Positions 12,678 through 25,374 of a stretch of 64,000 nucleotides of DNA are shown here, one piece after another. The stretch's first letter is position 1; the number at the start of each line of letters is the position of its first letter. The position numbers and the translations under genes are program-made. This DNA is from Octopus vulgaris. Its lineage: Eukaryota. A model generated the notes under the pieces. It did not search any database, was not told where the DNA came from, and saw only the letters and a list, made by a program, of their open reading frames with translations. The stretch is taken from contig OX597831.1 in the NCBI GenBank assembly GCA_951406725.2, positions 29,946,001 to 30,010,000 on the forward strand. Reading direction: 5' to 3'.

Positions 12678-13127
12678 GGTAACCATATAGAGCCTGTTAA
12701 ATAAAAAGGAAGCTCGGAATCTTGGGGTTAGTAGCCGGCGCTCTTAACCACTACGCCACGGGCATATGGCGTAGTGGTTAAGAGCGCGGGCTACTAACCC
12801 CAAGATTCCGAGTTCGATTCCAATCGTTGACCTGAACACCAACAATAAGAAGAAGAAGAAAACTTTTCTTATAAACCGTTTCTTTTAAAAAGATAAATTG
12901 TTCCTATGTATGGCGACTTTTGAATCACCCTGTACACACGCACGCAAATACATACATACATACATACATACATACATACATACATGCATACATACATACA
13001 TAGAGAAAGAGAGGGGGAGAGAGTGGGGAGGGAGGGGGGAGAGAGTGGGGAGGGAGGGGGAGAGAGTGGGGAGGGAGGGGGAGAGAGAGAATTAGAGAAA
13101 GAATGGCAATATGACGTATAGACGGAC

Positions 13128-13985
13128 GTAATACCTATTTCTTTACTACCCACAAGGGGCTAGACACAGAAGGGACAAACAAGGACAGACAAACGAATTA
13201 AGTCGATTACATCTACCCCAATGCGTAACTGGTACTTAATTTATCGACCTCGAAAGGATGAAAGGCAAAGTCGACCTCGGCGGAATTTGAACCCAGAACG
13301 TAGCGGCAGACGAAATACCACTGAGCATTTCGCCCGGCGTGCTAACGTTTCTGCCAGCTCGCCGATTTATTACAGAGATGATAGTCTTTTCTACTCTAGG
13401 CATAAGGCTCGTCATTTTGGGGGAGGGGCCAGTCGACTAGATCGATGCCAGCCCCCAGATGGAACTTAATTTATCGACCCCGAAAGGATGAAAGGCAAAG
13501 TCGACCTCAGCGGAATTCGAACTCAGAACGTAAAGACAGATGAAATACCGCTAAGCATTTCGCCCGGCAAGCTAACATTTCTTATTTCCTTATTGCCCAC
13601 AAGGGGCTAAACACAAAGGGGACAAACAAGGACAGACAAATGGATTAAGTCGATTACATCGACCCCAGTGCGTAACTGGTACTTAATTTATCGACGCTGA
13701 AAGGATGAGAGGCAAAGACGACCTCAGCGGAATTTGAACTCAGAACATAAAGACAGACGAAACACCTATTTCTTTACTACTCACAAGGGGCTAAACACGG
13801 AGGGGACAAACAAGGACAGACAAACGGATTAAGTCGATTACATCGACCCCAGTGCGTAACTGGTACTTAATTTATCGACCCCGAAAGGATGAAAGGCAAA
13901 TTCGGCGGAATTTGAACTCAGAACGTAATGGCAGACGAAATACGGCCACGCATTTCGCCCGGCGTTATAACGTTTCTGCCAAGCT
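13128..13985 (-). mobile_element. Tandem multimer of tRNA-derived SINE family B (Deu/Nin-domain-like core)
   Basis: Repeated units with B box GAGTTCAAATT and core GTCGACTTTGCCTTTCATCCTTTCGGGGTCGATAAATTAAGTACCAG; domain assignment is from memory and unverified. Confidence 0.8.
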
Positions 13986-14182
13986 CGGCGCCGTAATACC
14001 AAAACATATTACCTCCCAGCTAAAACCAAATTAAACTCTAATAACAAGCATGAAATTAAACTCTGAAAACAAGCATGAACGTTAAAAACAAACTTAAAAA
14101 GAGGGGGGGGAAAAAGGACTTTGGACAGGTAAGGAGTTGAAACCGGGCACATTACTAGTTTATTAACGACGATACTACTTAC

Positions 14183-14382
14183 CTTTTGAAATAAAAGTAC
14201 AAACAAGGAAAGGTGATGGCAATGCAAGGACATAAGAGGATGGACAGACTACATAATACATTTCTCCAAAGACCATAGATGACGACAGTCAACAATAGGA
14301 CACTGCCACTGATGGCGATGTAAGCGGAATATCTTTTCCATTTGCTTCGCGGTTCCACTTCAACTTCTTCCGTTTCATAAGA
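14183..14382 (-). CDS. Exon 3 of orphan membrane-protein gene (two hydrophobic segments)
   Basis: Acceptor ttctattttcaag|TCT, donor AAAG|gtaagt; 200 bp, phase 0 to 2; encodes SYETEEVEVEPRSKWKRYSAYIAISGSVLLLTVVIYGLWRNVLCSLSILLCPCIAITFPCLYFYFK. Confidence 0.75.
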
Positions 14383-14682
14383 CTTGAAAATAGAAATTAA
14401 AGATTTGATCAAAAATGTTTGGGCATAATGCAGTTCCGCCCCTCTCCTTGAAAAATGCATTTTTTTGAAAAAAAATTTTCGGATTCCTACGTTTTAGATG
14501 TCTGAGATTACGAATATGCAAAACATTTTTTTTTTAATTTAATGTTATAAAGGGGCTCAAATTTAATGTTATAAGGAGCTCAAATTTCACCTCTCCCTCA
14601 ATTTTAAATTTTGAACTTTTTCATCCATTTATTTATTTGTCTGTCTTTCTATTTATCCCTGTCCGTTTATTCATAAAATATA

Positions 14683-15153
14683 TGTAGTGATCCTATAACG
14701 GCGCGCGCTCGCGCACCGTCCATTTGTATTTCGCGCGTCCAGCAGCAGCGGCGACTTGGGACAGCAGCGATTGAAGGAGACGGTCACGCATATTTTCTCT
14801 CCGTTCGAACTTGCTTCTAGCAGTCCTTACCAAAAGGCCTTTAACCTGGATTGTTGCAGACATCATCTTCTTCCTGCGGACGCCATTTTGACCCGTTCTG
14901 TTTTGGCGGCTGAACATTGTAAATATTACAATCGATTAACTTTCAGCCTTGCGCGCCCAGAACCAAGGACATCAGATAACACACTTATTGTTACTGTTAC
15001 CAAGAAAGAGAATAAAGTAGTATATATATATATTACGTCTGCGTCTTGTTGTTTCTGACTGGTAGAATTCTGGATTATTAAAGCAACGGCTAGTGATTGC
15101 TTTCTTGTACCCCGAAAGTACAAGAGAAGATATTCACTCACATATTCGTTACA
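14683..15153 (+). mobile_element. Solo LTR (Gypsy-like), 471 bp
   Basis: TGTAGTGA...TCGTTACA termini, 4-bp TSD TATA, CpG-rich 5' half, AATAAA at about 15011. Confidence 0.7.
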
Positions 15154-15255
15154 TATATTTGTCAACTAAATGTGGTGGTTCTATAGAAGACAGTGTTACT
15201 GTTGTTTTTAGCCCTGGGAAGACACATCTATCTAATCTCTTTATACACACATATT

Positions 15256-15652
15256 ACTCATTTACTTGTTTCAGTCATTTGACTACGGCCATGCTGGAGC
15301 ACCGCCTTTAATCGAGCAACTCGACCCCGGGACTTTTTCTTTTGTAAGCCCAGTACTTATTCTATCGGTCTCTTTTGCCTAACCGCTAAGTAACGGGGAC
15401 ATAAACACCAGCATCGGTTGTCAAGCAATGCTAGGAGGACAAACACAGACACATAAACACACACACGCACATATATATATATATACATATATACGACGGG
15501 CTTCTTTCAGTTTCCGTCTACCAAATCCACTCGCAAGGCTTTGGTCGGCCCGAGGCTATAGTAGAAGACACTTGCCCAAGGTGCCACGCAGTGGGACTGA
15601 ACCCGGAACCATGTGGTTGGTAAACAAGCTACTTACCACACAGCCACTCCTA
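15256..15652 (-). mobile_element. Family A SINE
   Basis: Matches the family A consensus. Confidence 0.85.
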
Positions 15653-15999
15653 TATGCTTATTGAATTTAAAATTTTGAAAAAATGGATTCTTGCGCATCT
15701 AAAACATAGGGGGGAAAAATTTCGAAAAAGTTCAAAATTTTAAGAGGGGTGTGGTGATGGTGGTGTGTGCATGAGGAGGGAATTTTTTTTTTTTTTTGCA
15801 TATTCGTAATCTCCGACATCATAAACGTAGGCATACGAAAAAAATTTTTTTTTTTAAACATTCATTTTTTAAGGTGAGGTGCGAAACCGCATTAGCTCCA
15901 TTAACATGTGTATGTAGTTGACTTGAGAATCATTACCAAAACAAACAAACAAGTAAATCTCAGCCGGAGAATTAATGATGGTTAGTGTCGACAACATAT

Positions 16000-16385
16000 A
16001 GATAGAAGCACTCCGTCAATTACGACGACGAGGGTTCCGGTTGATTCGAATCAACGGAACAGCCTGCTCGTGAAATTAACGTGTAAGTGGCTGAGCACTC
16101 CACAGACACGTGTACCCTTAACGTAGTTCTCGGGGATATTCAGCGCGACACAGAGAGTGACAAGGCCGGCCCTTTGAAATACAGGTACAACAGAAACAGG
16201 AAGTAAGAGTGAGAGAAAGTTGTGGTGAAAGAGTACAGCAGGGATCACCACCATCCCCTGCCGGAGCCTTGTGGAGCTTTAGGTGTTTTCGCTCAATAAA
16301 CACTCACAACACCCGGTCTGGGAATCGAAACCGCGATCCTATGACCGCGAGTCCGCTGCCCTAACCACTGGGCCATTGCGCCTCC
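16000..16385 (-). mobile_element. Family C SINE
   Basis: Near-identical to 12286-12677. Confidence 0.85.
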
Positions 16386-16794
16386 TGTCGACAACAACAA
16401 CAACAGCAAGAAATATATAAAGAAGGAACGTCATTAAAAAGGTCACGAATGGCGACGAAAGGACTTCTAACCAAGAGTCCACTTGCCTTCACACCTACCA
16501 CACAAAAAAAAGAACAATAAAAATACTAAAATATACTAAAATATAAAAATAATTTGATTTGCGAGTGAGCCATGGTTAGAGTTATCTCCCTTGCATTTCA
16601 TTTATATTTTATTGGCTTTCTTATTAATTGGATTGCGAAGCGTATAAAAATTTATTATAAAAACTACTTGAATAAAAAAAAAACCATCAAAGGCTGCCCA
16701 TGGGGTACGAACCCACATCTCCTGTAAACTTGACAGGCTTTCTACCATTGGACCTAATAAATTAACTTTAATTAAATGAACAAGACTAGTAAAT

Positions 16795-17368
16795 AGGCGT
16801 AGGAGTGGCTGTGTGGTAAGTAGCTTGCTTACCAACCACATGGTTCCAGGTTCAGTCCCACTGCTTGGCACCTTGGGCAAGTGTCTTCTACTATAACCTC
16901 GGGCCGACCAAAGCCCTGTGAGTGGATTTGGTAGACGGAAACTGAAAGAATCCCGTTGTATATATGTATTTATATATGTATGTGCATGTGTATATGTTTG
17001 TGTGTCTGTGTTTGTCTCCCCCAACATCTGGTGTGTTTACGTCCCTGTAACTTAGCGATTCGGCAAAAGAGACCGATAGAATAAATACTAGGCTTACAAA
17101 GGATAATCCTGGGGTCGATTTGCTCGACTAAAGGCGGCGCTCCAGCATGGCTACACTCAAATGACTGAAACAAGTAAAAGAGTAACAGAGAGTAAGACGT
17201 GGATATGGCTTCGGGCCTGACTGTGTGTTAGGATGCTTGCTTCGGGTTCAGTCCTACAGCGTAGTACCTTGGGCAAGTGTCTTCTGCTATAGCCTCGGGC
17301 CGACCAAAGCCTTGTGACGGGATTTGGTAGACGGAAACTGAAGGAAGCCTATCAAATATATACATGTG

Positions 17369-17424
<56 letters not shown>

Positions 17425-18120
17425 GTCACAGTTTGACATTTGGCACTGGTGTGTTTAAGTCACCGTAACCTTGCGGTTCAGCATAAGAGACCGATAGGAA
17501 AAGTACCAGACTTGACAAAAAAAAAAAAGAAAAAAAAAGAAAGAAAAACGGGAGATCTGGATTCGATTCATTCGACTAAAAATTCTTCAAGGCCGTGCCC
17601 CAGTATGGCCGCAGTCTAATGGCTGAAACAAAAATAATAATAATAAAACGTCCGTCCTCGCCGTCTGTCATGTTTGTGCCACCTCACAATGGACTGCAAA
17701 TGGAGGATCAACAATATGTGTCCGTTCCAATACCATTACGTAATCTCTCCTCGGCAATCCTTTACGTTAACTGAACGGCCAGGGCGAAATTGTATTTAAA
17801 TAACACAGTTGTGACACTTACAACGAAATCAAGGAAATAGACTGGACTATTTAAACCTGTTTCTTAACCATTTTTGGCCTATGGTCCCCTTTGATTCATG
17901 CTTTATTTGGGTAGACCCTCATGGTCATTTAATATTTAAAGAATCCTATTATATAGGGGTAGGCGTGGCTGTTTGGTTAGAAGCTTGCTTACCAACCACA
18001 TGGTTCCGGGCTCAGTCCTACTGCGTGGCACCTTGGGCAAGCGTCTTCTACTATAGCCTCGGGCCGACCAAAGCTTTGTGAGTGGATTTGGTAGACGGAA
18101 ACTGAAAGAAGCTCGTCGTA
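16795..18120 (+). mobile_element. Cluster of three family A SINE copies (16795-17190, 17215-17630, 17957-18120)
   Basis: Match the family A consensus. Confidence 0.8.
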
Positions 18121-18489
18121 TATATATATATATATAACCAGTTGAATTTTTAGGGAAGGGCTAGTCGATTTTTGAGGTAAGGGGCCAGTCGATTTTTGAG
18201 GGAAGGGACCAGTCAATTTTTGAAGGGAAGGGGCCACTCGATTTTTGAGGCGAGGAGCTAAAACTCAACTGTGTTCTTATTTTATTGACCCTAAAAGTAT
18301 GAAAAGCAAAGTCAGCCTCTGCAGCATTTGAACGCAGATCGTGAAGCCGGAAGAAATATCGCTTACTATTTTGTCCAGCGTGCTTATAATTCCGCCAGTT
18401 CGTCGTCTTATACAAATTCCTTCTAAATTTGACTCAAGGTCATCTATTTTGAGGGAAAGGAATGATTGACACCAGTACACAACTGTGTA

Positions 18490-18720
18490 CAGTAATCTCT
18501 CGCCATATCGCGGTTCATCTATCGCGGTTTATTATTTAAGCCTGCGTAGATCCCTCCGTGGTGTTGTTTTGTATTCATAATAAAATAAATATATACAAAT
18601 TATAAAAATAATTTTTAAAAAAAACATATAGTACAGTACTGTTTCTACTTCACGGATTTTTACCAATCACATGGGAGGAAGGGGTGGATCGTAACACCCG
18701 CGATAGTCGAGGGATTACAG
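18490..18720. mobile_element. Tigger-like MITE
   Basis: TA|CAGTAATCTCTCGCCATATCGCGG ... CCGCGATAGTCGAGGGATTACAG inverted ends; related fragment at about 52705-52870. Confidence 0.6.
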
Positions 18721-19915
18721 AACTTATCTTAATCGTCCCACAAAGGATGAAAGGCAAAGTTGACCTCTGCGGTATTTGAATTCAGATCATAAAGCCGGAA
18801 GAAATACCTATTTCTTTATTACCCACAAGGGGCTAAACATAGAGGGGACAAACAAGGACAGACATAGGTATTAAGTCGATTACATTAAGTGCGTAACTGG
18901 TACTTAATTTATCGACCCCGAAAGGATGAAAAGCAAAGTCGACCTCGGCGGAATTTGAACTCAGAACGTAACGGCAGACGAAATACTGCTAAGCATTTCG
19001 CCCGGCGTGCTAACGCATCTGCCAGCAGCCGGAAGAAATACCGCTTAGCATTTTATCTGGCATGCTAATGATTTCTTTTCTACTCAAGGCACAAGGCCCG
19101 AAATTTTGGGGAAGGAGGCCAGTCGATTCAATCGACCCCAATATGCAACTGGTGAAAGGTAAAGTCGACCTCGGCGGAATTTGAACTCAGAACGTTAAGA
19201 CAGACGACACACCACTAAGCATTTTGCCCGGCGTGCTAATGATTCCGCCAGTTTGCCATCTTCATTAAATTCTTTCTAAGTTTGGCGGCACACGGCCAAC
19301 AGTTTTTGATGGGAGGAGGTTAATCGATTTCGTCGACCCCAATATTCAACAGGTACCTATTTCTTTTACCCTAGATCGATGAAATACAAAGTCGTCCTCC
19401 GGTGCATTTGAATTCAGAACATAGAGATTCGGAAGAAATATTTTGTCAAGCGTGCCAACGATTCTTATTTCTTTATTGCCCACAGGGTCTAAAAATAGAG
19501 GGGACTAACAAGGACAGACAAAGGGATTAAGTCGATTACATCGACCCCAGTGCGTAACAGGTACTTAATTTATCGAATCCGAAAGGATGATAAGCAAAGT
19601 CGACCTCGACGGAATTTGAACTCAGAACGTAACGGCAGACGAAATACAGCTAAGCATTTCATCCAGCATGCTAATGTTTTTTTTATTTTTTATTGCCCAC
19701 AAGGGGCTAAACATAAAGGGGACAAACAAGGACAGACAAAGGGATTAAGTCGATTACATCGATCCCAGTGCGTAACTGGTACGTAATTTATCGACCCCGA
19801 AAGGATGAAAAACAAAGTCGACCTCGACGGAATTTGAACCCAGAACGTAACGGCAGACGATATACAGCTAAGCATTTCGCCCGGTGTACCAACGATTCTG
19901 CTAGCTTACCGCTTT
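18720..19915 (-). mobile_element. Family B SINE multimer cluster
   Basis: At least 5 partial or complete units. Confidence 0.8.
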
Positions 19916-20062
19916 TATGAATTTAATTGATTCATAAATGCAGTGACGGCTGAAATTCTCTACTAATGGGTATATGCCATTGTAAAGTTTAGTATGTAAA
20001 AAAAAAAGACACTGCCTTCACATCAGTAATTTGAGTAATAAAAAGCTATTCTTTTGACTCAC

Positions 20063-20271
20063 CTGCGTTACGTCGTTCTCGGGTATATCGTAAGCGTCTT
20101 CAGTAGAATCTGGGGTGGTAGTGGACTGCTCAGTTTTTTTTGTACTCGGTTCAGTATTAATAATGATCAGGTCGGGATTTGTCGGACTCCGGTCAGTATT
20201 AACAATGACGAGATCAGGATCTATTGGCGCAATGTCTACGTTGCGTCTCTTACTGCGGTTGTGGCTTTTCC
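20063..20271 (-). CDS. Exon 2 of orphan membrane-protein gene (furin site and Ser/Thr/acidic stalk)
   Basis: Acceptor gtcttggtcacag|GG, donor CAG|gtgagt; 209 bp, phase 1 to 0; encodes KSHNRSKRRNVDIAPIDPDLVIVNT...DIPENDVTQ. Confidence 0.75.
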
Positions 20272-20314
20272 CTGTGACCAAGACAACGTTTAGTAGTAGT
20301 AGTAGTAGTAGTAG

Positions 20315-21565
20315 TAGGTTGTCAAGAAAGTTCTTGCGGAATTTTTTAATTTTGGTTTTAAATGATGTATTTTCAAATTAATTTTTCATTAAATTACTTT
20401 GACTTTATATGTCATTTTAAAACCCGTTTTTTTTTTGCTCTATCTAATCGTGTTACTCTTTTTCTTTTTGAATAATTTGGCCATTTTTTTTCCGGAACGT
20501 TGAATACAACATGGACAAAAAGCAAATTCGCACAATTTTCTTTTTCGAGTTCAAGCTAGGCCGAAAAGCTGCTGAAACAGCTCGCGATATCAACGATGCG
20601 TTTGGCCCAGGAACCACTAATGAACGTACAGCACAATGGTGGTTCAAGAAATTTCGTAACGGTGACAAGAGTCTTGAAGATGATAAGCGTTGTGGTCGGC
20701 CGTCGGATGTTGACAACGATCAACTAAGAGCCTTAGTCGAAGCCAATCCACGCACAATTGTTCAAGAGCTTGCTTCTGAATTAGACATAACGTATACGAC
20801 AATTTCCAACTTCTTGAAATAGATTGGAAAAACAGAAATACTTGAGAAATGGGTGCCGCACGAATTGAACGACAACCAAAAAATGAACACCGTTTTGAAG
20901 TGTCGTCTTCCCTTCTTTTACGCAACAAGAACGACCCGTTTCCCGACCGGATTGTGACTTGCGAAGAACAGTGGATTCTTTACGACAACTGGCGACGCTC
21001 AGCTCAGTGGTTGGACGCCGACGAAACTTCACAGCACTTCTCGAAGCCAAAGTTGCACCAAACGAAGACCATGGTGACTGTTTGGTGGTCTGCGGCCGGT
21101 CTCATCCATCACAACTTTTCGGATCTAGGCGAAACCATTACGGCAGAGAAGTACTGTCAGCAAATGGATGAAATGCATAAGAAACTCCGACAACAACAGC
21201 CAACATTGGTCAATAGAAAAGGACCAATTCTTCTCCACGACAACGCTCGGCCGCACGTTGAACGAATTGGGCTACGAAACTCTGCCTTATCCGCCATACT
21301 CACCAGACCTCTCGCCTATCGACTACCACTTTTTCAAGCACCTAGACAACTTCCTGAGTCAGAAATGCTTATAAAAACCAAGACGATGCCAAACACGCCT
21401 TCAACAACTTCCTCACAACCAAGACGCATAAATAAACTTGTTTCGCGTTGGCAAAGGTGTGTTGATTCTGGTGGTGTTTATTTCGATTAATAAAGTTTTT
21501 ATTGAACCGAGATATGTGCATCTGAATTTAAAGGTTAAAAACCGCAGAACTTTCTTGACAACCTA
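20315..21565 (+). mobile_element. Full-length mariner (cecropia/Hsmar1-like), transposase decayed
   Basis: TIR TAGGTTGTCAAGAAAGTTCT(T)GCGG; transposase fragments MDKKQIRTIFFFEFKLG, WVPHEL, LHDNARPH, YSPDLSPIDYHFF (20511-21490) with stops and frameshifts. Confidence 0.95.
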
Positions 21566-21587
21566 CTACTACTACTACTACTACTAC

Positions 21588-21637
<50 letters not shown>

Positions 21638-21696
21638 TCTCTTTATTACCCACAAGGGCCTACACACAGAGGGGACAAACAAGGACAGACAAACGA

Positions 21697-21747
<51 letters not shown>

Positions 21748-21775
21748 CATAATCATAATAATCATAATCATAATC

Positions 21776-21845
<70 letters not shown>

Positions 21846-21874
21846 TCATAATCATAATAATCATAATCATAATC

Positions 21875-21919
<45 letters not shown>

Positions 21920-21942
21920 GTAATAATAATAATAATAATAAT
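21588..21942. repeat. (TAA)n/(ATC) microsatellite
   Basis: Directly visible; source of poly-I ORFs. Confidence 0.95.
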
Positions 21943-22507
21943 ACCAGGCAGTGGCTCTCGTAATACCAGGCAGTGGCTCTCATGGCTTCTGATCTTAACT
22001 GATTGGAAGTGTTATCATGTACATTGTTTTGTCTTGGTATAAAAGATGGGCTACAGCAAATATTCTGCTCAATACCACAGATTTGCTTGTCAGTTGTTTG
22101 ACCTTAACCAGTTGAGCATGTCCCTTAGTGGCTGACGACATGTGCATCTCTGATCACGAGCATAAGTAGTGGGGGAGCATCATAGCCATGTGTTGAGAGG
22201 GATTCTTTGGGGTTTGAATAATTCACCTCTGGAAACATGGGTGGTTTTTTCAACATCCTTAAACAACCCTTATTCAGGGACCGTTTGAGTGGGATGGGCT
22301 ACTCAACCTGAAGAAAATTCTAACTGGGCCCCACCTGCAAGGTCATGTGCTGTTTATCTTGATATGAGATCACCATGTCGCGCACATATGGTTGTGATGC
22401 ATGTGCCTGGTGTACCTTTATCAGACGGGTAGTCATGATGGGTATATTGGGCTTCGTATATTTTTACCCCAGTGTCACTTTGATGGCATGAACTGCTCTC
22501 TCACTCA
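21942..22507 (+). mobile_element. Non-autonomous retroelement sitting in (TAA)n; inverted copy at about 22945-23446
   Basis: About 560-bp non-coding element flanked by (TAA)n; a second diverged copy lies in the opposite orientation about 440 bp away. Confidence 0.65.
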
Positions 22508-22561
22508 ATAATAATAATAATAATAATAATAATCATAATCATAATAATCATAATCATAATC

Positions 22562-22600
<39 letters not shown>

Positions 22601-23791
22601 GTAATAATGGAGAGAAAAATCCCTTCAAGGCCAATACCCTGCAAGGCTTGACAGAGAGGAAGTGAGACTAAGTAAAAGCTAACGATGGCACAAAAGCTGA
22701 AACAGAAAGACCAATGCCTGACTACAAACAATTATAAAAGCAAAATAATGAAGACAGGCCGCTGTACCAAATGCAGAAAGTGCAATCAGCACAGTGAGAC
22801 AGACGACCACATCATCTCGGGTTGCCCAAAATTGAAATATTCAAGATGTGAGGCATAAAGGTAAAAAAACAATACAACCTAAAAAGAACAACCCACAAAC
22901 ACAAGAAACAAACTATACAGCAATGAAATAAACTCCCACCAGCAATCCCCGTATACCCACCATGACTACTTGTCTGATAAGGGCATACCATGCACAGGCA
23001 TCACAACCATATGTGCGCGACATGGTGATCTCATATCAAGATAAACAGCGCGTGACCATGCAGGTGGGGCACAGTTAGAATTTTCTTCTGGTCGAGCAAC
23101 CCATCCCGCTCAAAAGGTCCCTGAATAAGGGTTGTTTAAGGATGTTGAACGAACCATCCATGTTTCCAAAGGTGAATTATCCAAACCTTCAAGAATCCCT
23201 TTCAACTCACGTCTACGATGCTCCCCCACTACTTCTGCTCGTGATCAGAGATGCACATATCGTCAGCCACTAAAACACATGGTCAACTGGTTATGGTCAA
23301 ACAACTGACAAGTAAATCTGTGGTATTGAGCAGAATATTTGCTGTAGCCCATCTTTTATACCAAGACAAACAATGTACATGATAACACTTCCAGTCAGTT
23401 AAGATCAGAAGCCACGAGAGCCACTGCCTGGTACTGCATCAGGGCATTATTATTATCATCATCATCATCATCATATTTGACTTTTGTTGAGTGAAAACAG
23501 CCTTTTTCAATTTTCTTCTTTCCTCGAGACGCGATATATTAAAGTATTAGCAAATGAAATTTTCTTTGGCGAACTCTTAGAAATGGACTATAAACTTCTT
23601 AAGAAACGCCTAATCTCAATACTCGTGGGTGGAGAGGTTCGTCAATAAAAATGACTTAGTTTACAAACTTTAAAAAATCTCATTGAAAATACTTGCCAAA
23701 CGTGAATATGCCACGTGACTGAACACTCCAATAGCAAATAAAAGACGGACAAAAAACACACAAATGAGCATACAAATATATATATAAAATG

Positions 23792-23856
<65 letters not shown>

Positions 23857-24236
23857 TGAGGAAGAAAACGAATAATTAAGTGAAAGTTTAATAAAGGAAA
23901 ATGGAAATAGTTCAAATACTCAAACAAGTTTCAAAGACAGCAATAGTAATATTTAAAGCAACTGTGACTGTTGAATGAATCTAAACACTAAAATCATTAT
24001 TCATGGAGTAATTGTGTCAAAGTGACATAAACTGACAATACTCCACTAAAAAAGAAATGAACAAGATTTACAAGATCGAGACGAGGGAGAAACACTGCCA
24101 TTGACAGTAAAGATGTCATCACGTACAGGTATGCCCAACACTGTTGCGCTGAAGAAATGAACAAAAAGCCTGATATTATTAAGAAGGGTAGGAATAATAT
24201 GAAGTGTTTGTTTAACAATGTAACTATGGCTGTCTA

Positions 24237-25215
24237 AGGAGGCGAGCTGGCAGAAACGTTCGCACGCCGGGCGAAATGCTTAGAGGTATTTCGTCTGCTG
24301 CTACGTTCTGAGTTCAAATTCCGCCGAGGTCGACTTTGCCTTTCATCCTTTCGGGGTCGATTAAATAAGTACCAGTTACGCACTGGGGTCGGTCTAATCG
24401 ACTTAATCCGTGTGTCTGTCCTTGTTTGTCCCCTCTGTGTGTAGCCCCTTGTGGGTAGTAAAGAAATAGGTATTTCGTCCGTCTTTACGTTCTGAGTTCA
24501 AATTCCGCCGAGGTCGACTTTGCCTTTCATCCCCTCTGGGTCGATTAAATAAGTACCAGTTACGCACTGGGGTCGATATAATCGACTTAATCCGTTTGTC
24601 TGTCCTTGTTTGTCCCCTCTGTGTGTAGCCCCTTGTGGGCAGTAAAGAAATAAGAAACGTTTGCACGCCGGCCGAAATGCTTAGCTGTATTTCTTCTGTC
24701 TTTACCTTCTGCGTTCAAATTCCACCGAGGTCAGCTTTACCTTTCATGCTTTCGGGATTCGATAAATTAAGTACTAGTTGCGTACTGGGGTCGATCTAAT
24801 CGACTAGCCCCTCCAGAAAAATTTCGGGCCTTGTGCCTAGAGTAGAAAATAATATTACTATATCTCTCTAAGGCGGCGAGCTGGCAGAAACGTTATCATG
24901 CCGAGCGAAATGCTTAGCGGTATTTCGTCCGTCTTTACGTTCTGAGGTCGACTTTGCCTTTCATCCTTTCGGTGTCGATTAAATAAGTACCAGTTACGCA
25001 CTGGGGTCGATATAATCGATTTAATCTGTTTGTCTGTCCTTGTTTGTCCTCCCTGAGTTGAAATTACGTTCTGAGTTGAAATTTCGCTGAGGTTAACTTT
25101 GCCTTTCATTCTTTCGGGGTCGATAAATTAAGTACCAGTTGTGTACTGTGATCGCTCTAATCGGCTGGCCCCCTCCCAAAAATTTCGGATCTTGTGCCTA
25201 GAGTAGAAAAGAATA
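24237..25215 (+). mobile_element. Family B SINE multimer
   Basis: Head GGCGAGCTGGCAGAAACGTT followed by tandem units of about 165 bp. Confidence 0.85.
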
Positions 25216-25374
25216 TTACTATACCGTTTAAGAGAAAGTTGACCAACTATAAAGACAACGGGCGATCGAAATCAACAGGATATGGAGTATGAAGACTGAA
25301 CTAATAATACCAATTGTTATTGGCGCTCTAAGAATCATGAATGTAGAAATGGAAAAGTTCACCCACCGTGCACC

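Larger units (their letters stand above)
11617..12932 (+). mobile_element. Deleted Tc1/mariner-superfamily (rosa/maT-like) element carrying nested SINEs
   Basis: TIRs (C/A)AGGGTG(A/G)TTCAAAAGTC(G/T)CCATACATAGGAA with TA flanks; remnant RSLDLTPLDFCLCGYLKGMVY...HLKERIT at about 12100-12210. Confidence 0.75.

Noticed and set aside
16693-16753. tRNA-like sequence with an AGT triplet in the loop
   Set aside because: No acceptor stem and a non-canonical anticodon loop; repeat-derived
20511-21490. SETMAR host gene
   Set aside because: No SET domain; bounded by TIRs and full of stops and frameshifts, so a dead mariner
24072-24140. Possible 69-bp symmetric cassette exon (VLGIPVRDDIFTVNGSVSPSSRS) of the orphan gene
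   Set aside because: It would need the second AG after the pyrimidine tract and a weak gtaaat donor; the region may instead be decayed LINE sequence; not included without RNA data
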